DNA of 64,000 nucleotides from Candidatus Magasanikiibacteriota bacterium (GCA_030650025.1 JAUSEN010000008.1:1164-65163); one strand, 5' to 3'; counted from the stretch's first letter, positions 1 to 7,399 are shown. Notes: a model not told the origin generated them from the sequence alone. Numbers and translations are program-made.

Positions 1-126
1 TCCACAAAGCGCACATTGACCACCCCCGCATTTAATTGCCATATCGCGAATCAGTCTTCTTCGCTTTTGGACAGCAATTTTTAAATAGGAGGCCCGATCA
101 GCGTATTTTCGCTTATCTTTGGTCAT
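1..126 (-). CDS. HNH-type endonuclease, N-terminal part (truncated by window edge), inside the tRNA insertion
   Basis: Manual translation from ATG at 126: MTKDKRKYADRASYLKIAVQKRRRLIRDMAIKCGGGQCALCG. A basic helix followed by GGxCxxCG is typical of the start of Zn-binding HNH nucleases; the HNH motif itself would lie outside the window. Confidence 0.7.
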   Translation of the reverse strand, partial: MTKDKRKYADRASYLKIAVQKRRRLIRDMAIKCGGGQCALCG

Positions 127-144
127 GTGAAGGTCTTTATGTCC
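1..144 (-). mobile_element. Putative group I intron (5' part) inserted at tRNA-Asn anticodon position 35/36
   Basis: tRNA sequence stops after U35 (..GGCTGT|GGACAT..) and the expected TAACCAAC is absent. The 5' exon ends in U and an ORF starts 18 nt into the insert. The catalytic core is not visible in the window. Confidence 0.6.
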
Positions 145-178
145 ACAGCCAACTGCGCTACCGCTGCGCTACCCGGGA
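145..178 (-). tRNA. tRNA-Asn(GTT) 5' exon (positions 1-35)
   Basis: TCCCGGG-TA-GCGC-AGCGGTA-GCGC-A-GTTGG-CT-GT gives an acceptor strand with the TCC start typical of Asn, a perfect D-stem, the anticodon stem 5' strand and GT of the anticodon. Confidence 0.85.
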
Positions 179-203
179 ATAAATACTAATTTTTTTCATC
201 TTC

Positions 204-357
204 CTGCGCTATCGCGGAGTTTACCCGACTAAAGCCCCGCAGGGGCGAAGGCGGGCTACCCGGGAATACAAATAGTATTTTGTTTACTTGTGTTACGCTA
301 CCGCGGAGTTTACCCGCCGTAGGTCGCCTAAGGCGACCGCAGGTGGGCTACCCGGGA
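204..357 (-). repeat. Two tandem degenerate copies of the tRNA-Asn 5' end, each interrupted by a GC-rich hairpin
   Basis: TCCCGGGTAGC...GGGTAAACTCCGCGRTAGCG starting at 357 and 265, versus the real tRNA start at 178 (periods 92 and 87 nt). Confidence 0.8.
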
Positions 358-374
358 ATAAAACTTGTGAAAAT

Positions 375-403
375 AGTATACAAAATTAGCCAACAAATGT
401 CAA
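375..403 (-). promoter_or_regulatory. Sigma70 promoter for the tRNA-Asn locus
   Basis: TTGACA (403-398), 17 nt spacer, TATACT (380-375). Confidence 0.75.
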
Positions 404-415
404 CTCAAAAATGCT

Positions 416-913
416 CTAATTGATCGCCAAAATTCTATAACTGGCCTCCCCGCTCGCTATTTTAAAAACCACTGTCTCGCCTGCTTTATGCCCAAATAAA
501 GCGTGCCCCAGGGGCGAAAGATAGGAAATAACGCCTATTTGTGGATTAGACTCCACCGAACCAAGTATCTGAAACGTTTTCTCTCGCCCCTTAACTTCTA
601 CACTCACCCGAGAACCGATCTGCACGGTATTTCCGCCTGATTTTAAATCTATAACTTCGGCATTATTTATTTGGCTGTCAAGTCGGAGAATGGCATTATT
701 AATACCGCGAAGCCTCCCCTTTGCCAGCTGGTACTCTGCGTTCTCCGAAAAATCCCCCAGTTCCGCCAGCCGCGCCACTTCGCTCGCCGCGGCTGGCCTT
801 TTGGATTTGAGCTTCTCCAATTCAAAATTTAATTCGTTTAACTTAGCCTTGGTCATAATGGGGTCAGGCGCGAGCGAACTAAATTTTCCTGGTTTACGAT
901 AAGGAATTTGCAC
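416..913 (-). CDS. greA: Transcription elongation factor GreA/GreB family
   Basis: GDFSENAEY motif and C-terminal ISYLSPLGHAL. Confidence 0.92.
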   Translation of the reverse strand: MQIPYRKPGKFSSLAPDPIMTKAKLNELNFELEKLKSKRPAAASEVARLAELGDFSENAEYQLAKGRLRGINNAILRLDSQINNAEVIDLKSGGNTVQIGSRVSVEVKGREKTFQILGSVESNPQIGVISYLSPLGHALFGHKAGETVVFKIASGEASYRILAIN

Positions 914-919
914 AAAAAA

Positions 920-989
920 TTATAATTACTAGGGGTGAGTCAAAAATAAGTTTACTTATTTTTGCGAAGCCCGACGTAATTTCAAGCTT
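920..989. repeat. ~70-bp dispersed palindromic element, family B copy 1
   Basis: Closely matches the reverse complement of 14890-14963. Confidence 0.8.
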
Positions 990-992
990 CGC

Positions 993-2342
993 TTATAATA
1001 AACTATCATCCGCCGTCGGTTCTTTTACGCCACGGAAAACAACATCTATAATATTTTGGACGCCAAACTGGCGGCCATCCAAAAACCCACTCATGGCCGC
1101 TTCCGCTAGCCAGCCAGAGTTAACCCAGTCAAACAGCCACTCGGATGTATAACGAGGGTCGTTTTGGCTAATGCCCGCGCCAATGGTTTTAAGCCAAGTG
1201 CGGTTAAACACCTCCTGGCTACCAAGAGACGGCGCCATGATAATAGGAATGCCCAAGGCCGAATAAAACACCAACTCGCTCGGCTTTGTCCACAGGATGT
1301 CGGTCGAACGAAGGCTCTCGTTAAGAGCGCGGAAATAATCTTCTTTCTGAAGAGCAAAAATAATTTGTAAATTTTTCCCAAAAACTTTTTCTAAGCCATA
1401 ATTGCTAATGGCCTCGCGAAAATAACAATAAACATCATTGCGCGTGCCGGCTACTAAATTCACATTTATTTCGTTGGCTAACAATTTTTGACGCAGACTC
1501 CACAGCATCTGGCGGCCAATCTTTTTTTGCGCGCCCGCGCCGCCGACCGCGAAAGCCAAGGTCAGAGGGTGGTGGTGCCGCTCTTCTATTTTTATATTTT
1601 TCAAAAAATTCTTGATTGTCTCCGCGTACTTGTGGCGGTAACGGTGTTCCGGATCTAAATTAATCAAACGCTCGGCCAAATCACGCTGGAGCGTATCAAG
1701 ACCCGAGCCGCCGTCCAAATTTTCTTCTGGGAGAGGGAACCCGGTTAAAAATATATTATCTGGTTTAACGCCATAAAGCTTAAGGCGCTCTACCACCCGC
1801 CGGCACGGCGCCAGATACTTAATCCGGCTCTTTTTAGGGTGGAGCGGCGCCCAGGTACGGCTAATATCCGAATCGCAAATTACTAAATAAATATCGTTTT
1901 TAAAATCATGCTCCTCGGCCATAAAGGCGGCGGTAAAAAAAGTGGTAATCAGGGGAATGTTTTTAGTATTTAAAAGCTTTATTAAATCTTTGCCCGAGCC
2001 GCGTTTAATAATGTAATAATTCTGACGAATTTGCAAATTGGGGGCCGAGAGATCCCGCCGTGGATAAAACGCCGGCACTTCTTGAAATTTGTCCATTAAA
2101 CCAAACAGCCACCCGCCAATGAAGGGCACGTTGGACAGGCGAGAAAAAGTCTCATACAAGCGCTGGGTGGCTTGCCAGCCGCGGTATTCTTTTTTCGAGA
2201 TGCCTTCGTAATTATTGGCGTTAATAACCTTGCCGGTCGGCGATAAATGCCGGAGCGGGTACGCCGCCCGCTGGTGGCCATAACCCATGTCAACCACCAC
2301 CACCCAGGCTTCGTGATTAGAATTTTTCTGCTCCATATTCAT
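993..2342 (-). CDS. GT-B fold glycosyltransferase-like protein (MGDG synthase/MurG-like)
   Basis: N-terminal DMGYGHQRAA; C-terminal AVGGAG, TKPSEL and GIPII..GSQE motifs. Confidence 0.65.
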   Translation of the reverse strand: MNMEQKNSNHEAWVVVVDMGYGHQRAAYPLRHLSPTGKVINANNYEGISKKEYRGWQATQRLYETFSRLSNVPFIGGWLFGLMDKFQEVPAFYPRRDLSAPNLQIRQNYYIIKRGSGKDLIKLLNTKNIPLITTFFTAAFMAEEHDFKNDIYLVICDSDISRTWAPLHPKKSRIKYLAPCRRVVERLKLYGVKPDNIFLTGFPLPEENLDGGSGLDTLQRDLAERLINLDPEHRYRHKYAETIKNFLKNIKIEERHHHPLTLAFAVGGAGAQKKIGRQMLWSLRQKLLANEINVNLVAGTRNDVYCYFREAISNYGLEKVFGKNLQIIFALQKEDYFRALNESLRSTDILWTKPSELVFYSALGIPIIMAPSLGSQEVFNRTWLKTIGAGISQNDPRYTSEWLFDWVNSGWLAEAAMSGFLDGRQFGVQNIIDVVFRGVKEPTADDSLL

Positions 2343-2350
2343 AATCTCAG

Positions 2351-2442
2351 TGTCATCTTGAGGCGAAGCCGAAAGATCTAAGCGTTATTAATTTTCGAAC
2401 GTCGCTTAGATTCTTCTCCGCCTGCGGCGGATCAGAATGACA
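2351..2442. repeat. TGTCAT...ATGACA MITE/REP-like inverted repeat element
   Basis: tgtcatcttgag...gatctaagcg...cgcttagatt...cagaatgaca; related copies at 21090 and 38873. Confidence 0.8.
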
Positions 2443-2449
2443 AAAAATA

Positions 2450-3154
2450 TTAAAATTTAACTCTTTTATTTACCGCCCACAAAAAACCCATGCGCTTATC
2501 AAATTTAGAGGGAAAAATTCGCACGCCAAAACCATGCTCTCGCATTTTCCGCTCTATCCACTCGTAATTATTTTGCCCATAATTATGATACTCCATGATA
2601 ATGGCCCCAATATTCCCAAAATCTTCAGGAGTCGCGCCGGCAAAAACTTCATACTCGCCGCCCTCAATATCCATTTTAATTAGCGCCAATTTTCCTGATT
2701 GCGAAAATTTAATCAAATCTGCCAAACTATAAACTTTTACCGGGATCTCGCCCTCATTTAATTTACCGCGCTTGGATAAAAGCAGTTCGTGATTATGGCT
2801 ATCCGGTGAGAGCTTTAAGACGCCCTCCCCGCTGGCGCGCGCCAGCGCGCCCGCCACTATCCTTACACCGCTAATATTATTCTCGTTCAAATGCTTTTTT
2901 AAAAAAATTAAATTATTCGCTTCCGGCTCCAGAGCCGCCACTTCAACAGCCGGATTAATTGCCTTGGCATACAACGTAAAAAAACCCGCGTGCGCGCCCA
3001 CATCCGCGATGGCAAATTTTGCCTTCTCTATCACCGCCGCGCAAATTCGGTATTCCTCTAACTTAAAAATCTCGGCTACAACGCTTTTGTCCGCTTCGTC
3101 TCTTGTGTAAATAACCAAACTTCGGCCTCTAAATTTAATCAGGCTTTTTTGCAT
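2450..3154 (-). CDS. FkbM family methyltransferase
   Basis: DVGAHAG, LEP and KMDIEGGE motifs; start moved to the ATG at 3154. Confidence 0.88.
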   Translation of the reverse strand: MQKSLIKFRGRSLVIYTRDEADKSVVAEIFKLEEYRICAAVIEKAKFAIADVGAHAGFFTLYAKAINPAVEVAALEPEANNLIFLKKHLNENNISGVRIVAGALARASGEGVLKLSPDSHNHELLLSKRGKLNEGEIPVKVYSLADLIKFSQSGKLALIKMDIEGGEYEVFAGATPEDFGNIGAIIMEYHNYGQNNYEWIERKMREHGFGVRIFPSKFDKRMGFLWAVNKRVKF

Positions 3155-3160
3155 ATTAGT

Positions 3161-3169
3161 ATTATAGCA
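3161..3169 (-). promoter_or_regulatory. Extended -10 promoter (TGCTATAAT) 6 nt before ATG: leaderless transcript
   Basis: TGC-TATAAT-ACTAAT-ATG. Confidence 0.6.
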
Positions 3170-3183
3170 GAATAACAAAAACA

Positions 3184-3213
3184 AAAAAAGACCGCCGGTT
3201 AAGGTGGTCTTTT
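3184..3213 (-). terminator. Rho-independent terminator after rpsI
   Basis: AAAAGACCACC-TTAACC-GGCGGTCTTTTTT hairpin plus U tract. Confidence 0.7.
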
Positions 3214-3227
3214 GTGATAATTCTAGT

Positions 3228-3635
3228 TTAGCGTTTGCTCCACTGCGGGCCGCGGCGGGCTTTTTTGAGGCCGGGTTTCTTGCGTTCTTTAATGCGGGCG
3301 TCTCGCGTCAAAAACCTCTGCGTCTTCATGGTTTTGCGCCAGTCTTCATTCCAAATCACCAAGGCGCGCGCGATCCCAAGCTGAACCGCTTCGGCCTGGC
3401 CATGCTTGCCGCCGCCCACCACTTTAGCGGAAATATCCAAATCTTTTTCTTTCGCCACTGCTTTTAAAGGCGACATCACTAAACTTTGCAAAGTAAAATG
3501 CGGAAAATACTTGTTCAATTCTTCGCCATTGATAGTAATTTTTCCAGAACCTTTAGTGAGACGCACGCGCGCCGACGCTCGCTTCCGGCGACCGACAGTC
3601 TGCAAACGATCTTTGGATCCAATAATCTTAGTCAT
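3228..3635 (-). CDS. rpsI: 30S ribosomal protein S9
   Basis: GRRKRASARV, GGGKHGQA and KPGLKKARRGPQWSKR. Confidence 0.98.
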   Translation of the reverse strand: MTKIIGSKDRLQTVGRRKRASARVRLTKGSGKITINGEELNKYFPHFTLQSLVMSPLKAVAKEKDLDISAKVVGGGKHGQAEAVQLGIARALVIWNEDWRKTMKTQRFLTRDARIKERKKPGLKKARRGPQWSKR

Positions 3636-3666
3636 ATTATTTATTCTGATTTATTCGAAATCATCA

Positions 3667-4026
3667 TTATTTAACAAATCGCAAACGCTTCAAACGCGCG
3701 GTGCGGAACTTATTGCGCGGGAGCATTTTAGAAACCGCGTGCTTAATAACAAACTCGGGCTTTTCACGAATAACCATGTTAGCCGGAATTTCCTTAAGCC
3801 CGCCCGGGTGCATGGAATGATGGCGATAAACTTTTTGCGCCGCCTTCTTGCCGGTAAACACCGCCTGGTCAGCATTGGTTACTGTAACGCGGTCACCCAT
3901 ATCCCACTGCGGAACATAGCTAACTTTATGCTTGCCAATTAAAATTTGGGCAATCTGTGTTGCTAAGCGCCCGGGAGTATTACCAGCCGCATCAAGAGCG
4001 ATTGTTTTACGAGAAACTCGAGACAT
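3667..4026 (-). CDS. rplM: 50S ribosomal protein L13
   Basis: DA..GRLAT, GKHK, YRHHSMHPGGLK and MLPRN. Confidence 0.97.
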   Translation of the reverse strand: MSRVSRKTIALDAAGNTPGRLATQIAQILIGKHKVSYVPQWDMGDRVTVTNADQAVFTGKKAAQKVYRHHSMHPGGLKEIPANMVIREKPEFVIKHAVSKMLPRNKFRTARLKRLRFVK

Positions 4027-4032
4027 AATTAT

Positions 4033-4383
4033 TTAGATAAATTCTATCACGGCTGTCTGGCTGCCATCCCCTTTACGCGGGCCGAGCATGGTCAACCTGG
4101 TGTAGCCGCCTTTCCGATCTTTATAGCGTGGGCCCAAAACTTCCATCAGCTTCTTGACAGCTTTATCAGTATGGAGATCAGCCCGGAGCAGGCGGCGAGC
4201 CGCCAGCGTATTATTCTTGGCCGACGTTACCAGCCTTTCCACTCGGCTCTGCGCGGCTTTCGCTTTCGCCTTGGTAGTTTTAATTTTTTCGTGCAAAATC
4301 AAGCTCTCGGCCAAATTGCGAAGCAAGGCCGTGCGCGGCCCAACCTTCCGATCTAGAGTAATTTTCTTTTTTTGATGCCGCAT
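4033..4383 (-). CDS. rplQ: 50S ribosomal protein L17
   Basis: MRHQKK..L, IKTTKAKAK and GGYTRL..R.GD; true start is the ATG at 4383. Confidence 0.97.
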   Translation of the reverse strand: MRHQKKKITLDRKVGPRTALLRNLAESLILHEKIKTTKAKAKAAQSRVERLVTSAKNNTLAARRLLRADLHTDKAVKKLMEVLGPRYKDRKGGYTRLTMLGPRKGDGSQTAVIEFI

Positions 4384-4430
4384 ACGATTTGACAAAATCG
4401 TGCCGCGCAATGTCCTTTGAAGCGCGGCGC
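4384..4430 (-). repeat. Double-hairpin element abutting the rplQ start codon (family A copy 1)
   Basis: 45 of 47 nt identical to 6794-6840. Confidence 0.85.
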
Positions 4431-4442
4431 AAATTATTTAAT

Positions 4443-5288
4443 TTACTTCTTGCTTGCCTTTTTAACCTTGGCTTTCGCTTTCTTTTCCTTTTTTTCTGTT
4501 TTAGCGGCCTCTTCATCCGGGCTAGCCTCTTCAGCGGTTATTTCGGGAATAGCGGCGGCCTCCACTGTTTCGCGCGTGAATACTTCCGTGGCGCTAGCTT
4601 GTTCCACTGACTCGGAAATTACCGTAAAATGATCCATCAATATTTGCGTAGCCTGACGCAAAGCTTCACGCGGGCTGATTGTACCGTTGGTTTCGATATT
4701 AATAGTCAATTTCTCGTAGTTAGTGATGTCGCCAACGCGAGTGTACTCCACGTGATAACCAACATCCTTAACCGGTGTATAGACTGAATCTACCACCATA
4801 GTGCCAAGGTCATAATTCTTGCGATCTTTTTCCTCAACCGGCCTATAACCACGGCCTTTGCCAACCACAATTTCCATTTCGAAAATTTTGTTGCTTGTTA
4901 AATTGCAAATCACTAAATTCTTGTTAGCCACTTCCACGTCCGAATTCTTTTCAATATCCGCGGCTGTCACCGGGCCTGGGCCTTTTTTTACCAAATTCAA
5001 TTTGACCGGCTCGTCCGAAAATACTTTCACTGCCAGTTGCTTTAAATTAAGCATTATTTCCACGATATCTTCCTTCACGCCTTCGGCCGTGGTAAATTCG
5101 TGCTCGACGCCTTTGATTTTAAAATATTCTACCGCCGAACCCGGGAGAGAGGACAATAAAACGCGGCGATAAGCATTGCCAAGCGTCGTGGCGTAGCCAT
5201 GATAACACGGCATCACCACCACGGAACCAAGGCTCGGTGTGTCGCCTTCAAAAAATTCGATTTTAGATGGCAAGAGAAAATTTTCCAT
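4443..5288 (-). CDS. rpoA: RNA polymerase alpha subunit (NTD only; CTD replaced by a low-complexity tail)
   Basis: GYATTLGNAYRRVLLSSLPG, HEF..EGVKED and ETNGTISP; position in the alpha operon. Confidence 0.96.
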   Translation of the reverse strand: MENFLLPSKIEFFEGDTPSLGSVVVMPCYHGYATTLGNAYRRVLLSSLPGSAVEYFKIKGVEHEFTTAEGVKEDIVEIMLNLKQLAVKVFSDEPVKLNLVKKGPGPVTAADIEKNSDVEVANKNLVICNLTSNKIFEMEIVVGKGRGYRPVEEKDRKNYDLGTMVVDSVYTPVKDVGYHVEYTRVGDITNYEKLTINIETNGTISPREALRQATQILMDHFTVISESVEQASATEVFTRETVEAAAIPEITAEEASPDEEAAKTEKKEKKAKAKVKKASKK

Positions 5289-5324
5289 ATGGCTTTAAAT
5301 TTACCCTCCCTAAAATTGGGAAAA

Positions 5325-5933
5325 TTAACGTGAATAAAAACCGATGATGGCGTTCGCATCAAAATTAGGCAATTCCACGGTCGGCAGATTCAAAACTTTT
5401 GCCGAGAGTTTAGTGGCGTCAACATTGACCCAAGCCGGTAAATCTTTTTTAGCGATAGTCTCGGATAAATCCGTAAATAATTTGCTCTTTTTGGCAGGCT
5501 CGGCCACGGCGACAATTTCGCCAACGCGCACTCGGTACGACGGAATATCGAGCTTTTTGCCATTAACCGTGATATGGCCGTGGGAAACGGCTTGGCGCGC
5601 CGCGGCTCGCGAAGGCGCGAACCCCGCGCGATACGCCACATTGTCCAAACGAGATTCCAAATATTGCACCAAAAATTTACTGGTATCACCGGTTTTTTTG
5701 GAAGCCTCGGCCACATAATTAGAAAACTGCTTTTCTAAAATACCGTACAACTTTTTGGCTTTTTGCTTTTCGCGCAACTGCTTGCCAAAAGAAGAGAGTT
5801 TGGCGCGCTTCCTCGCTAAGCCGTGCTGGCCAGAGGGAAAATTGCGTTTCATTACCGGGCATTTTGGGCTATCGCAAAGCTTCTCGCCCCACAGGCGGCA
5901 AAGTTTATGTTTCGGTCCAATTAATCGTGCCAT
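5325..5933 (-). CDS. rpsD: 30S ribosomal protein S4
   Basis: QLREKQK, LESRLDN and ARQAVSHGHI. Confidence 0.98.
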   Translation of the reverse strand: MARLIGPKHKLCRLWGEKLCDSPKCPVMKRNFPSGQHGLARKRAKLSSFGKQLREKQKAKKLYGILEKQFSNYVAEASKKTGDTSKFLVQYLESRLDNVAYRAGFAPSRAAARQAVSHGHITVNGKKLDIPSYRVRVGEIVAVAEPAKKSKLFTDLSETIAKKDLPAWVNVDATKLSAKVLNLPTVELPNFDANAIIGFYSR

Positions 5934-5957
5934 GCAATCTATTAATTATTATTTAAA

Positions 5958-6401
5958 TTAAACGCGCCGTCTCTTCGGCGGGCGGCAACCATTGTGTGGA
6001 ATAGGAGTCACATCCGCAATTCCCAAGATATTCAAACCATTGGCATGAAGCGCGCGGATCGCGGATTCGCGGCCGCCGCCAATACCTTTAACAAATACCG
6101 ACACTTCTTTAACATTATATCCGGCAATCTTGGTGAGCAAATCTTTCACTACCATGCTGGCGGCATACGGCGTGGCTTTCTTCGGGCCTTTAAAACCAGA
6201 GACGCCCGCGCTGGACCAGCCCAAAACATTGCCATTCGGATCAGTAATTGTAATAATAGTGTTATTAAAAGTGGCTTGCACGTAAGCGTTGCCTCGCGGC
6301 ACTTGGCGCGACACTGTTTTCTTTTTCACAACCTTAACCGGAGCGCCGGCCGCGGGCGCAGCGTTATTGCTGGCGGTTGGTTTTAAATTTTGTTCAGCCA
6401 T
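5958..6401 (-). CDS. rpsK: 30S ribosomal protein S11
   Basis: [15 protein letters not shown] and [18 protein letters not shown]. Confidence 0.98.
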   Translation of the reverse strand: MAEQNLKPTASNNAAPAAGAPVKVVKKKTVSRQVPRGNAYVQATFNNTIITITDPNGNVLGWSSAGVSGFKGPKKATPYAASMVVKDLLTKIAGYNVKEVSVFVKGIGGGRESAIRALHANGLNILGIADVTPIPHNGCRPPKRRRV

Positions 6402-6406
6402 ATTTA

Positions 6407-6793
6407 TTAAGTTTTTTGCCCGTCGGGTTTGCGGCCGCTACCCATGGTCTTGCGAACATTGCCCCTAACCGTGCGGGAGTTAGTTTTGGTGCGCTGGCCG
6501 CGAACTGGCAAATGCTTCATGTGGCGAATGCCGCGGTAGCTCTTGGTATCTTTCAAAGTTTTGATATTACTCATTATTTCGCGGCGCAAATCGCCTTCGG
6601 TCTTAAAATTCTTCTCAACATATGCCCGCAGGGTATCTTCTTGTTCATTGGTCAAATCCTTGGTGCGGATATTGCCGTCAATCTTAGTAGCCACTAAGAT
6701 TTTTTTTGCCAGCGTTGCGCCAATGCCAAAAATATAACGCAGTGAAAACTCGATCTTCTTTTCCTCTGGTATGTTAGTACTGGCAATACGCAT
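6407..6793 (-). CDS. rpsM: 30S ribosomal protein S13
   Basis: MRIAS.NIP, YIFGIG and [20 protein letters not shown]; true start is the ATG at 6793. Confidence 0.98.
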   Translation of the reverse strand: MRIASTNIPEEKKIEFSLRYIFGIGATLAKKILVATKIDGNIRTKDLTNEQEDTLRAYVEKNFKTEGDLRREIMSNIKTLKDTKSYRGIRHMKHLPVRGQRTKTNSRTVRGNVRKTMGSGRKPDGQKT

Positions 6794-6840
6794 ACGATTT
6801 AACAAAATCGTGCCGCGCAATGTCCTTTGAGGCGCGGCGC
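6794..6840 (-). repeat. Double-hairpin element abutting the rpsM start codon (family A copy 2)
   Basis: GCGCCGCGCCTCAAAGGACATTGCGCGGCACGATTTTGTTAAATCGT-ATG. Confidence 0.85.
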
Positions 6841-6850
6841 TTAATTTAAT

Positions 6851-6964
6851 CTAACCTTGGCGTTGGTTATGTTTTCTAGTTTCGCAAATAACATGCACTC
6901 GGCCTTTGCGGCGCACTATCTTACACTTCATGCAAATTTTCTTAACCGAGGCTTTGACTTTCAT
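6851..6964 (-). CDS. rpmJ: 50S ribosomal protein L36 (not in the ORF track)
   Basis: Manual translation [37 protein letters not shown]. Confidence 0.97.
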   Translation of the reverse strand: MKVKASVKKICMKCKIVRRKGRVHVICETRKHNQRQG

Positions 6965-7000
6965 GTGATTTTATAAATGATTCTTCTGCAACCAAGTTAT

Positions 7001-7078
7001 CCGCCTTCGGCGGATTCATAACTGACAAGAAATTTTATTCGCCCACTACGTGGTCTCTAAAATTTCTGTCGTTATGAA
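7001..7078. repeat. Compound hairpin element, family C copy 1
   Basis: ccgcc..ggcggatt followed by a long stem; homologous to 13827-13897. Confidence 0.7.
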
Positions 7079-7080
7079 AA

Positions 7081-7182
7081 AATACCAACCACTGCCGCGA
7101 TATCGTAGCCCGCGCAGCGCTGCCACAGACCAATTATCATTGGGCAGACGTTCGCCGTGCTCCACCGCACTGGTTGATATTA
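7081..7182 (-). ncRNA. Unidentified ~100-nt structured RNA candidate between infA and rpmJ
   Basis: Nested stems ATATCAACCA/TGGTTGGTAT, CGGCG/CGCTG, CTGCC/GGCAG and CAAT/ATTG, with G-U pairs on the minus strand. Confidence 0.45.
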
Positions 7183-7183
7183 T

Positions 7184-7399
7184 TTAGTAACGAAATGTAA
7201 TCCTTCCTTTGCTCAAGTCGTAGGGCGTCATCACAACTTTTACCTTATCACCTACCGCGAGCCGAATGCGATTCAAACGCATTTTACCGGCCAAGTGCGC
7301 GATAATCATTTGGCCACTTTCGAGCTGTACTCGAAATGTCCCGGCTGGCAACATTTCTTCTACCACGCCCACTAATTCTATTACGTCTTTGTTCGACAT
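7184..7399 (-). CDS. infA: Translation initiation factor IF-1
   Basis: [31 protein letters not shown]. Confidence 0.98.
   Translation of the reverse strand: MSNKDVIELVGVVEEMLPAGTFRVQLESGQMIIAHLAGKMRLNRIRLAVGDKVKVVMTPYDLSKGRITFRY

Noticed and set aside
138-178. Intact tRNA-His(GTG), since the loop could read CUGUGGA
   Set aside because: No 3' anticodon stem or T arm follows; the TCC acceptor start and lack of G-1 favour Asn.
145-360. CRISPR array (three ~90-nt periodic repeats)
   Set aside because: The repeats are tRNA 5'-end sequence, the spacers are related hairpins, and there are no cas genes.
4384-4410. N-terminal extensions MRGTILSNR/MRGTILLNR on L17 and S13, and the 44-aa extension on MraZ
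   Set aside because: Artefacts of the upstream family A element; canonical ATG starts lie downstream.
7081-7182. SRP RNA or 6S RNA
   Set aside because: No SRP domain IV motif and too short for 6S.
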